This document shows positions 12,859 to 24,800 of a DNA stretch of 64,000 bases, piece by piece. The stretch lies in contig QPMI01000370.1 of the NCBI GenBank assembly GCA_004431415.1, positions 1 to 64,000 on the forward strand, written 5' to 3'. A program made the position numbers and the translations under genes. The notes beneath the pieces were generated by a model. The model saw only the letters and a list, made by a program, of their open reading frames with translations. It made no database searches and was not told the DNA's origin. Source of the stretch: Cyanophora paradoxa CCMP329. Its lineage: Eukaryota > Plantae > Glaucophyta. The first letter of the stretch is position 1. The number at the start of each line of letters is the position of its first letter.

Positions 12859-15800
12859 TTACGCAAGAGAGAAGCCGATTTCACGGATTCCTTCGCGCAC
12901 CCTCGCGAGTACGTTTCCGATCCGAATCTCGAGATTGCCATCGCTCGATCCGGATCCGGACGCGGCTGGCGGCGGCGGCGCGACGGGAGCGAGGGAACCC
13001 AGCGCGGGACTGACGTTGTAAGTGAGGCCGGCTGAGGGCGCATTGACGGCCGCCACCGCCTGCTTCGAGCTCGGCTTCGCGTCGACGTCCCCGCCCGCCC
13101 CAGCGGTGCGGGCGAAAGCGGGCTTGCTGCCCGTCGACGGCAGAGCGGACGTCGACGCCAACGCCGGCGCCGGCTGCTGCGCGCGCTGGCCGGATCCGAA
13201 GCTCCGCGAGACGCCGTTGTCTGCAGGCGGCTGCGCGACGGCTGAGGATGACTGCTGCTTTTCCAGCGTCGCCCAGTCCGGATCCGGACCCACAGACGCC
13301 GACGCCAGGTCCTCCGCCGTAGACGCAGCCGGCGAAAGCGCGCCAGGGCCCGCCTCCGGGTGCGTCTTCTCCGAGCGCTGGCGACCGCCCCCTGGCCCGC
13401 CCCCGCCCTCGCGCCTCGCGCGCCACGACTGCCGATCGGGGGCCGTCAGCGCGCGGCGAGGCTGCGGGTCCCGGGGCCCATCGGCCACGCGGCGCACGCT
13501 GAGGAGCCTGGCGAGGGCGACGTAGACGGCGAAGGCCTCTGCGACGGCTCTGAAGGCCCCGAGGCCCAGGGCGTAGACCCCCGAGAGAAAGTCCAGCACG
13601 CTCTGCGCGCCCGCGCCCTTCGGCCGTCGGCGCCGGCCGCGAGCGCGAGGGCCGCCTGGACCCCCGTCGGAGAGCCGCGCACGCTTTTGGTCTTCTCGTC
13701 GACGAGGAGGTAGGAGGGGGCGACGTTCATGACGACGCGGAAGCCGACGGCGTTCTGCGCGGGCAGGTCGGGGCGGAAGTTCGCCGCGCCGATCTCCGCC
13801 TCCGCGTTGTCCTCGTTCGGCACGCTCGCCTGCGCGCGGTTGAATTAAACTCTCGGAGGGTGCGGGAGATCTAGAGGGGCTCGGGGCGCGCGAGGGGCCG
13901 GACCTTGTAGCGCGCGAGGGACTCGTCGCGGCTGAAGTGCACCGCGTTCAGACTCAGGGGCACGGTCACGGGGCGCTCCCCGCGGAAGAGGCGGCTCCGG
14001 GAGGTCGTCCCCGTCGCGCCCGTCACCGAGACGCCGCCGGGCAGCTGCGTCACCGCGTGCGCGGCGCGTCGGCTGCGTGAGAGGGTGGGCGGTGCAGATC
14101 TCTAGGGCTCGCCTGGATGCTGAACTGGGTGCCGACGGAGAAGGCGAGGGTGCGGGAGGCGGCGAGGCTCGAGGCGGGGGCGCCGCCCGCCGACGAGACG
14201 TTCCACGGGGGCCGCAGCACGACGTCGACCTGCGGGCTCTGCGTCTGCACGCTCGCCAGCCTGCGCGACGGGCTCTGCGTTTGCACGCGCAGCGCGCGAG
14301 AGCGGCGGGCCGCGCGGGCGCGCCTGCAGGCCTTGCAGGTCCAGGTGACGGAGCAGGTGTAGCCGTCGGCGGGCTGGCGCGAGGTCGCGGACCACGCGCC
14401 GGAGAAGCCGAGGGCCTCTACAAGCACGTCGCCGGGGCGGGCGCAGGGGCCCTTGTAGCCGCGGAAGGCGACCGAGACGGCGAGGTCACCCGCGATGGCC
14501 CCCGCCGAGGGGGAGACCCCGGGGTTCAGGCTTTGCGTCACGTAGTAGTTCGCTGGATCGGAGGGAATCAGGCGCCAGCTGCAGCACTCCAATCGATGGG
14601 AGCAGGAATATTAATATTCGTACCGATCACGAACTCGGCGATCATGAAGGCGACCGCGAGGGCGACGGCGGTCACCTGTGACGGCGCAAAATCGACTTCA
14701 GAAGGCCATATATAAAGACCGCAGATCTAGAAGCGAGCGGCGCACCCCGCAGAAGGTGAAGAAGACACCCGTGAGGCTCGGGGCTGAAGGGCCGTTTTCG
14801 GGCTTGTCAACGTCACGGTAGAGAATATGCAGCCTCGTAACCTTCAACAGAACTCGAATACCGAACGGGTACAGAAACGATGCGTTTAAACGGCCCAAAC
14901 GAACCTTCGCGAAACGAACGTCGCGGCCATCGCGGCTCGGGAGGTACAGATACGCAGCCAAGATAAGGCAGCCTGTAATACGTTCGACGTCGCACGCGAA
15001 TTCTTGAACCAGAACTGCGAAATGGACTTACACAAGAGCGCGCTGCCAATGCTGACGATGGCAATAAGCAGGAAGATCTGAAGCAGACGGTTTTGCTGCG
15101 CGCAGCCCATCAGCAACAGCTACTCTAAATAAGCGCTTCATTCGTCCAGAAAGGCACCGCGATGGATTCGTCCTGGATGACGGGCTCCGTGACGGTCGCA
15201 TTCAGCGTCCCGTACTGCACCGTGGAGCTCTCGCGTTCGGTGGCCTTGGCATTGGAGCCGCCGAAGATTCCGAGGTCGATCTCGCGCAGGCGCCGGCGCT
15301 GCCGCGATCGCGAGATGCCCTCGAAGGGACTGCGGCTGCGCGTCAACTCGAGAGCGCGCGAACGGAGAATTTAAAGTGCAGACTTCGAGTTCGGCTCCTG
15401 GCCGAAAAGGTCGCTTGTTGTCGACGTGAAGATCGCCGTCAGTTTGATCGGCTGCACCGTCGCAAGCGGGCAGAGCTCGTCTGCCAAGCACTGCGGGGCG
15501 AAGCTCGTCACGATCTAGACTAAGCGACATTGGAGATGCACAAGGCTCGAAGCGCGTGCCGGGAGGCAGGATGTGGAACCCGACGACGGTGCGTAGAAGC
15601 CGGTCTCGCAGGGCGTACACACGGTCTGGTTCGAGCGGTACGTGCCGGCCGGGCACGGCTCGCACACGGTTCGCAGCGGGTCAGCCTGCCGTCACAATCG
15701 CCAGATTCAAACAAATGCACTGGCGGCCGCGGCGATGCGCGCGCACCACGGAGCCCGGCGGGCAGGAGAAGCACGAGATAGAGGCGGTCCCGGGGGCGAT

Positions 15801-18800
15801 CGTGTTAACGTCGCAGGCCTCGCATGTTGTCGCACCCGCGCGGAGCAGCGTGCCTGCCGCACACGCCTCGCAGCCCGTGCCCCCCGCGTTGGCGACGTGC
15901 CCCATCGGGCAGAGCTCGCACGCCGCCGATGATGCCAATGGCGCGTAGGTCCGGCCCGTGCAGCGCTCGCACTTGGCTCCCGTGGCGTCCGGCGCCGTGC
16001 CACTCGCGCAGGCTGCAAATTGTCGTGTGAGTGGACGACGGCCTCGCAACGAACGGGGCTCGTGAAACGCGAACGAGTGCAGAGGGTGTTCTCGGCGTTG
16101 GAGACGTGGCCGGCCGCACAGGCCGCGCACGCCGAGGCGCCGAAGCTCTCGGCGTATCTCCCCTGCGCGTTTCGCGCTAAATGATCTCGTCGCGCGCACG
16201 CGCAGTGAGAAGTTCGATCCGCACCGAAGGGCATCTGGAGCAGGCGGGCATGCTGCCGTTGCGGAAGCTTCCCGGTGCGCACGGCAAGCAGCCGCGCTTG
16301 TCTGGCGCGGAAACCTGTTGCCGCGGATCAGCACTCTGAACTTGCGGTCCAAGAAGATCTAGAAGCGATTTGCACCGTTCCATCCAAGCAACGCTGCGAT
16401 TTGTGGAAAACAGATGATCATGAGCCCACGCCGAGTCGAAATCGCGAATGAAAAATTAAAGAAAGAACCGTGCAGGATCCCGCGGTCCCTTTCGCACTCG
16501 CGAAAGAGTTCGACTCGCACGCGATGCACGCCAGCGTTCCGTTGGGCATGAAAGGTGCCCTCCGCACACCTGCCGAACGTTTTTCGCACGCCAGTTCTGA
16601 GCGGTTGCAGTTAAGCACGGGAGGTTAGACGTACGGGACGCATGACTTGGCGTTCAGAGCCGGCAGGGCTGCCCGACAGGCATCAGCTCATGATCGGTTA
16701 CTCAAACGGCTTGAATGAACTTGAATTTCGCTCACATCCGGCAGGGCAGGCTTCGCAAGAGCCGAAGAGACCGCCCGGGCTGTAGAACCCGGCCGGGCAC
16801 TGCGAGAAGAGAAGTTACCGAATCGCAAAAACTGGAAGGGGTCTTTCGCGGCGTGAAAGCAGCACACCAGGATGCAGAAGGAGACGCCGTCAGGCATGTA
16901 AGTGCCCGCGGGGCACGGGGCGCAGCTCTGGCGGCGCTCGTCCTGCGTGGTGCCGGGCGGGCAGCGCGTGCAGTTCTGGAAAGCCCCCGAGCCCGACGAG
17001 ACCGTGCCGGACGGGCAGTCCTGGCAGGCCGCGCCTGCCGACGGCTGGTACGTTCTGCGGCGATTGCGAGGCGGTGTCAGCGAGCCGCGATGTGAGGGTG
17101 ACCGGCTTAACGAACCCGGGGCTGCAGGGGAGACAAAGGGTGCGGTCCGAGCTCGAGACGTAGCCGTTCGGGCAGTCCTCGCACTTGCCGAACGCGCGGC
17201 TAGAGGAGCGCGTCCCGGGAGGACACGCCTGGCACGGCGCGCCGCTCGACGCTTGGAATGTGCCCGGCTCGCATGGGTCGCAAGTGCGCCGGTCCGGCGA
17301 AACGACCGTGCCACGCTCGCAGACAGTGCAGTTCCCGTACGTGGCCGTCCGCGACGTGACCGAGCCGGCCGGGCAGTCCTGGCACGGCGCCCCGGGCCCC
17401 GACTGGTACGTCCCGACGGGGCACTCCAGGCACCGCTGCCGGTCCTCGCTCGGCACCGTCCCTGCGCGAGAACGCGTCGCCGTGCAGTCAGCGCGAGGCT
17501 CATGATCAGCAGATGATCACAAGCAGCCAAACTTGCCGTCGGGGCACTTGAGGCACGAGCCGGCGCGCCCCGTCTCCGGCGAGTACGTTCCCGAGGGGCA
17601 CTGCGCCCCGCCCCGTGAGCCCGCGATGCGAGAACGAAAACGATCGCCGCCGCCCGCGCGCACCGGCGCGCAGAAGGTGGAGCCCGTCGGCATGTAGGTC
17701 CCCACGGGGCACGCCTCGCACCGGTCCTTCGCCTCCGTCGGCACCGTCCCCGCCGCGCACCGCGTGCAGTTCGTCGCCCGCAGCCCCGACGCGATCGAGC
17801 CCAGCGGGCAGTCCTGGCACGGCGCCCCGCGCGACGGCTGGTACGTCCTGCGCCCCGCGTCGGCTCCCCCGCCGCCCGAAGCGACGCCAACGCTCGCAGC
17901 GCACCCCGCGGTGCAGGGGAAGCAAAGCGTGCGGGCCGCGTTCGCCACCTCCCCGGCTGCGCACTCGTCGCAGCTCCCGAAGGTCCGAACGTTGGGCGCC
18001 ACCGTCCCCGGCGCGCACGCCTGGCACGGCGCCCCGGCCGACACCTGGAATGCGCCCGCCGGGCAGTCGTCGCAGTCGTCGCGGTTCACGTTCGGCACCG
18101 AGCCTGCCGCGCGCGACCCCCGTCGGCCCCGTCAGGCGCGAAGAGCATTCGAAGCTTTAAGCCGCCGAGCCTCAGGACGGACCGAGCGGGCAGACGGCGC
18201 AGGAGCCGTTCGTCGCCGCGTTCTTTGCGAACGTGCCCGACGGACACTGCGCGAAAGGAGCCGAGCTTCAGCGCGCGCGCCTCCAGAGGCAGCCCGCTCG
18301 CGGTTTCGCGCACCGGGGAGCAGAAGGGCGCGTCGTCCGGCTTGTATGTCCCGCTCGGGCAGGCCGTGCAGGCGACGCGGTCCGCCGTCGAGACCCAGCC
18401 GCGCTCGCACGCATCGCACGCCCCAAACGTGCCCGTCTGCGCCGCCTTCGTCCCCAGCGGGCACGCCTCGCACACCGCCCCCTCCGAGGGCTGGTAGCTC
18501 CTGCGCGCCGATCCGTCAGTCACGCGAAAGCGTCGATCGGTTAGGAAGGGAAACGAGCCCGAGGGCGCAGGGCGAGCAGCGCTGGCGGTCCGCTGAGGCG
18601 ACCTCGCCGCGCTGGCACCGCGTGCAGTTCCCGTACGTGGCCGTCCGCGACGTGACCGAGCCGGCCGGGCAGTCCTGGCACGGCGCCCCGGGCCCCGACT
18701 GGTACGTCCCGACGGGGCACTCCAGGCACCGCTGCCGGTCCTCGCTCGGCACCGTCCCTGCGCGAGAACGCGTCGCCGTGCAGTCAGCGCGAGGCTCATG

Positions 18801-21800
18801 ATCAGCAGATGATCACAAGCAGCCAAACTTGCCGTCGGGGCACTTGAGGCACGAGCCGGCGCGCCCCGTCTCCGGCGAGTACGTTCCCGAGGGGCACTGC
18901 GCCCCGCCCCGTGAGCCCGCGATGCGAGAACGAAAACGATCGCCGCCGCCCGCGCGCACCGGCGCGCAGAAGGTGGAGCCCGTCGGCATGTAGGTCCCCA
19001 CGGGGCACGCCTCGCACCGGTCCTTCGCCTCCGTCGGCACCGTCCCCGCCGCGCACCGCGTGCAGTTCGTCGCCCGCAGCCCCGACGCGATCGAGCCCAG
19101 CGGGCAGTCCTGGCACGGCGCCCCGCGCGACGGCTGGTACGTCCTGCGCCCCGCGTCGGCTCCCCCGCCGCCCGAAGCGACGCCAACGCTCGCAGCGCAC
19201 CCCGCGGTGCAGGGGAAGCAAAGCGTGCGGGCCGCGTTCGCCACCTCCCCGGCTGCGCACTCGTCGCAGCTCCCGAAGGTCCGAACGTTGGGCGCCACCG
19301 TCCCCGGCGCGCACGCCTGGCACGGCGCCCCGGCCGACACCTGGAATGCGCCCGCCGGGCAGTCGTCGCAGTCGTCGCGGTTCACGTTCGGCACCGAGCC
19401 TGCCGCGCGCGAACCCCGTCGGCCCCGTCAGGCGCGAAGAGCATTCGAAGCTTTAAGCCGCCGAGCCTCAGGACGGACCGAGCGGGCAGACGGCGCAGGA
19501 GCCGTTCGTCGCCGCGTTCTTTGCGAACGTGCCCGACGGACACTGCGCGAAAGGAGCCGAGCTTCAGCGCGCGCGCCTCCAGAGGCAGCCCGCTCGCGGT
19601 TTCGCGCACCGGGGAGCAGAAGGGCGCGTCGTCCGGCTTGTATGTCCCGCTCGGGCAGGCCGTGCAGGCGACGCGGTCCGCCGTCGAGACCCAGCCGCGC
19701 TCGCACGCATCGCACGCCCCAAACGTGCCCGTCTGCGCCGCCTTCGTCCCCAGCGGGCACGCCTCGCACACCGCCCCCTCCGAGGGCTGGTAGCTCCTGC
19801 ACGCCGAGCCGTCAGTCACGCGAAAGCGTCGATCGGTTAGGAAGGGAAACGAGCCCGAGGGCGCAGGGCGAGCAGCGCTGGCGGTCCGCTGAGGCGACCT
19901 CGCCGCGCTGGCACCGCGTGCAGTTCCCGTACGTGGCCGTCCGCGACGTGACCGAGCCGGCCGGGCAGTCCTGGCACGGCGCCCCGGGCCCCGACTGGTA
20001 CGTCCCGACGGGGCACTCCAGGCACCGCTGCCGGTCCTCGCTCGGCACCGTCCCTGCGCGAGAACGCGTCGCCGTGCAGTCAGCGCGAGGCTCATGATCA
20101 GCAGATGATCACAAGCAGCCAAACTTGCCGTCGGGGCACTTGAGGCACGAGCCGGCGCGCCCCGTCTCCGGCGAGTACGTTCCCGAGGGGCACTGCGCCC
20201 CGCCCCGTGAGCCCGCGATGCGAGAACGAAAACGATCGCCGCCGCCCGCGCGCACCGGCGCGCAGAAGGTGGAGCCCGTCGGCATGTAGGTCCCCACGGG
20301 GCACGCCTCGCACCGGTCCTTCGCCTCCGTCGGCACCGTCCCCGCCGCGCACCGCGTGCAGTTCGTCGCCCGCAGCCCCGACGCGATCGAGCCCAGCGGG
20401 CAGTCCTGGCACGGCGCCCCGCGCGACGGCTGGTACGTCCTGCGCCCCGCGTCGGCTCCCCCGCCGCCCGAAGCGACGCCAACGCTCGCAGCGCACCCCG
20501 CGGTGCAGGGGAAGCAAAGCGTGCGGGCCGCGTTCGCCACCTCCCGGCTGCGCACTCGTCGCAGCTCCCGAAGGTCCGAACGTTGGGCGCCACCGTCCCC
20601 GGCGCGCACGCCTGGCACGGCGCCCCGGCCGACACCTGGAATGCGCCCGCCGGGCAGTCGTCGCAGTCGTCGCGGTTCACGTTCGGCACCGAGCCTGCCG
20701 CGCGCGACCCCCGTCGGCCCCGTCAGGCGCGAAGAGCATTCGAAGCTTTAAGCCGCCGAGCCTCAGGACGGACCGAGCGGGCAGACGGCGCAGGAGCCGT
20801 TCGTCGCCGCGTTCTTTGCGAACGTGCCCGACGGACACTGCGCGAAAGGAGCCGAGCTTCAGCGCGCGCGCCTCCAGAGGCAGCCCGCTCGCGGTTTCGC
20901 GCACCGGGGAGCAGAAGGGCGCGTCGTCCGGCTTGTATGTCCCGCTCGGGCAGGCCGTGCAGGCGACGCGGTCCGCCGTCGAGACCCAGCCGCGCTCGCA
21001 CGCCTCGCACGCCCCAAACGTGCCCGTCTGCGCCGTCTTCGTCCCCAGCGGGCACGCCTCGCACGCCGCCCCCTCGGACGGCTGGTAGCTCCTGCGCGAC
21101 AGAAAAAGCGTCATGCATCATGCATATAATCAGACATATGGTTAGACATGGAATGTTAATCGAAGCGCACCCAGCCGAGCACGCTACGCACGAACGCCGA
21201 TCGTCGGACGAAACGGTGCCCCGCACGCAGCGCGTGCAGTTGCGGAAGGTGCCTGCCAGTGGAGCGACCGACCCCACGGGGCACGGCTCGCAGGAAGCGT
21301 CCTCCCTTGGCTGGTATGTGCTTCGAGGGAAGCTTAATATTTGGATGAGATCTAGAGCAGCAGACCACACGACTTACCCGGGGTCGCAAATGCGGCAGAG
21401 AGACCGCTCCGGTACCGCCTCAGATCCATTAGTACACTTCTCGCACCTGCGTTGCACGTCATCAACGTAAATACGCGATGGAAAGGCGCCTAAAGCTGCC
21501 TTTTCCATTGCAGACCTTCCAAACGTCCCCTCCTGCGAAGCTTTGGTGCCTGCAGGGCATTCCTGGCAAGCCGCCCCCTCGAACGCCTGGTAGGTCCCGA
21601 TGGGGCACTTCTCGCATCCGGTCCGGCTCTCCAGCGACACGGTTCCTGTTCGGAGGAGCTTTAATGTTTTCCAGAGAGGGATATCGATAACTGAAGAGGA
21701 TAACGTAACGCGCCTTGAGGGCACGGCGCGCAGCTTCGACTCCCCGGAAGGGCGGAGTAGGTCCCGTACGGGCACTGTTCGAGGCAGACGCGTCAATTGC

Positions 21801-24800
21801 GACGGTTTCAAATTACTCTGATGCTTTCAACTCGCCTGAGCACAGGTGAAACCGCCTTCGGGCCGATAGGAGCCCGCGGGACAGGACTCGCAGCCGAGGC
21901 GGTCCGGGGTTGAGACGGCGCCGTCAGGGCAGACAGAGCACTGGCCGAAAGTGCCGTTCGTGTCCGCAAATGTTCCGAGGGGGCAGTCTTGGCAGGGAAG
22001 GCCGAGCCCCGGCTGGAACGTGCCTTTCGCGCACTGCGGGCAAGTGATCACGTGCGGTGCTGGGCACAACGCTTGCGCGGCGCGAATATTAATGCCGCAC
22101 CGAAGTGCAGGAGCCGGCATCGGGCGACGGCACGCTCCCGGCAGGGCAGGCTGTGCAGTTCGAGACGGATCCTGCAACGATGCGAAGCCATTCATATCGA
22201 GCTCTGCACTTAAAAGGGGTGCAGAAGGACGGACCTTCCAGGGCGGCCTCGTACGGCGGGCACCTGCGCATGCAGGCAACCGAACGTCTCAGAGATCGAT
22301 CGCTTGCAGTTATCAATATTTTTTTATGGAGCGGACTTCAAGCAGAACGCGGCGCCCGCTTGTGGAAGGTAATGGCCCGCTGCGAACGACCATTTCAGAA
22401 CAATTGCGACGCAGATCTAGAGACCTTGACGGCGTATACGTGAATTAAAGCAACTCGCCCTTGCAGAGCAGGCATTTGGAGGTCCACGCCTGCGACGGCG
22501 TGTAGCTGTTCGCTGGGCACCGCTGGCATCCGCCCCCTTCCTCCTCGCCGAACGAGTTCTGCGGGCACTCCGTGCAGCTCGCGCTCCCGTTCGCCGCGAA
22601 GGTGCCCTTCGGACACTGAAGGAAAACGGGCGGGTTATATATAGCGCAGACTAATATTGATGGGGATATTGAGGATGGGCACCGGCGTGCAGTCCGTGCT
22701 TCCTGGTGGGGCGAAGGAATTCTCGCGGCAGACGCCGGCCTCGGAGAGGATGAGCAGGCCGGTGGTGTTCGAGAAGTAGCCGCCGGGCAGCGGCGAGCAG
22801 TCCCCGGCGGCGAGGTCGAACACAGTGCCGGCGGAGCAGTTCGTCCTCACCGCGAACACCTCCGCACTGGAAGAAGCGTGAACGGTGAGAAAACAATCGG
22901 CCGCGGACTCTACGGATTGATGCACCTGCGGTGCGTGTAGAAGAAGAGCCGCTTGTCTCGTGTGCTGGTCGAGTTTCCGGCCGTCTCCGGGGCGAGCACC
23001 CCCCTGCAGTGCTCTTGAGCGATGTTCGCTTGACGGCTGCGGGCAGAGATGCAATTGCAAGCCCCACCTGACGCCGGGGACGAAGCTATGCAGCACCACG
23101 ACCGGGCCCATGACGGGCTTGTCCGCGTTGTAGACCTGCGTACGCGTGTCGACGCTCACTGCGGGCTGGCGCAGGCAGCCAAAGCGGCGGCACGAACCTT
23201 CACAAGCTCCGACGAGTTTGCGTACAGGCCGGAGTAATCGATCTGAGAAACTCATGATCATGATCACTGAGAAACGGAAGGGACCCGGATCGGATTCGCT
23301 CGCCTTCTTGCCGGTGACGTCGGCGTCGATCTTGTCTGAGGCGAGGCCCGAGCCTGTCGACGCCGACATCGCCTCCCGCGCCACGTACAGCGCGCCGTCC
23401 TGCGCATGCACGAGGCGCGAGGTCAAACGGAGCGCCCAATGGAAAATTCGACAGCGCACTTGGAATGCTACGGCGCCGACGCTGTACCAGAGCTTGCGGG
23501 AAGGGGACCAGGCGTCGGACTGCGTCAGCGCGATGCTGGCGTCTGGAGAGCCGCCGAGCGACGATTGCCCGGCAGCCGACGAGCTTTTCCTGCTCTCGGC
23601 ATCAGTACAAAATAGAATGTTGATCTCAGGGCACGTAGATTGCAGACTTCAGGCGAATTACGGTGTCGCCGACGACGTAAAAGCCGTAATGGGTGTCGGC
23701 GGCCTCGCAGTGCTTGCCCTCCAGCGCGCCGTAGCCCGCCGACGCGTACCGCGGCATCGCGTTCTGCACGATGAAGCCGTCGTCGACATGCACCGAGGCG
23801 TTGAACAGCGGCCGAGCGTCCACGAGCGTGGCGCCGCTCTGCGACACTGACCACGACATCCTGACGACGAGGTGGAAGACCGAGCCCGGCAGCGGCAGGT
23901 CGCTGCGCTCCGCCGCGCTCGACAGCGAGGCCCTTTCGGCCGACGACGTGATGCCGAGCTGCGCGAACGTCGGGAAGAGCGGGACGCGGACGATGCCGTG
24001 AAGCAGCTGCGGTGCGGCGCTGTCGGTCGGGTCGGTGGGCAGGTCCGTCACCAGAGCCTGCACGGTCGGCACGGGCGCGTAGGAGACAGTTTACGACTTG
24101 AAGAGCGTGTGCGGGAACATGGGGAAAGGGTTCGTCGTGTGGCCGGTCGGCAGAAGCGGGGCGAAGGCGAGCGGGGAGCCGGACGGGGCCTCCAGCTCGC
24201 CGCCCGGGACGCGGGGCTCGAAGACGTCCAGCGGCAGCCGCTGTGAGCCGGTGCCGGGGCAGTACCGCAGAGTGTACGTCGGCATGTACCTGCGCGCGAG
24301 CAAAACAATATATTAATATTAGACGGATATCGATGATTATATCATGTATAAAATATTGCGGCTGAGCATGATTCTATGCACCAGTTGTCGCGCTCGGAGG
24401 GGGCGGTGTCCGCGGAGGCCACGACTGCGCTGGCGAGCGAGCGGGGCTTCGACCTCGAATTCTGCGGCAGCTCCAGCAGCGCGCGGCTGCGCCGAGCGGC
24501 CGTAGAGTCGTCTCCGCAAGGAAAGAACTCGCGTTTCATAGAGCCCGTGTTCGATGCAGAGCAGGTGATATCGCTATATATGATTTGAGGGCTGCCGGAG
24601 ACCGTATATCCTTCCGGAGGCCGAGGAAATGACGTGCTCTGCTCCATATAAACGCACATGGTCCGCTGAAGAGCGTCTCCGGATCCCGCATTGTCCCGTA
24701 GGGGCAGTTTTGCGCACGTCGCAGAGGTGATTTTGCACGGCTTGTTAAGATCGTCGAACCAGTTGGAGCTGTCCGCCGTACATCCACCCGTCGAACACTT

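Noticed and set aside
20535-20555. Pseudogenisation of the giant Cys-rich gene by frameshift
   Set aside because: A 1-bp loss in a C homopolymer relative to two sister copies; probably a long-read error, and raw reads are needed
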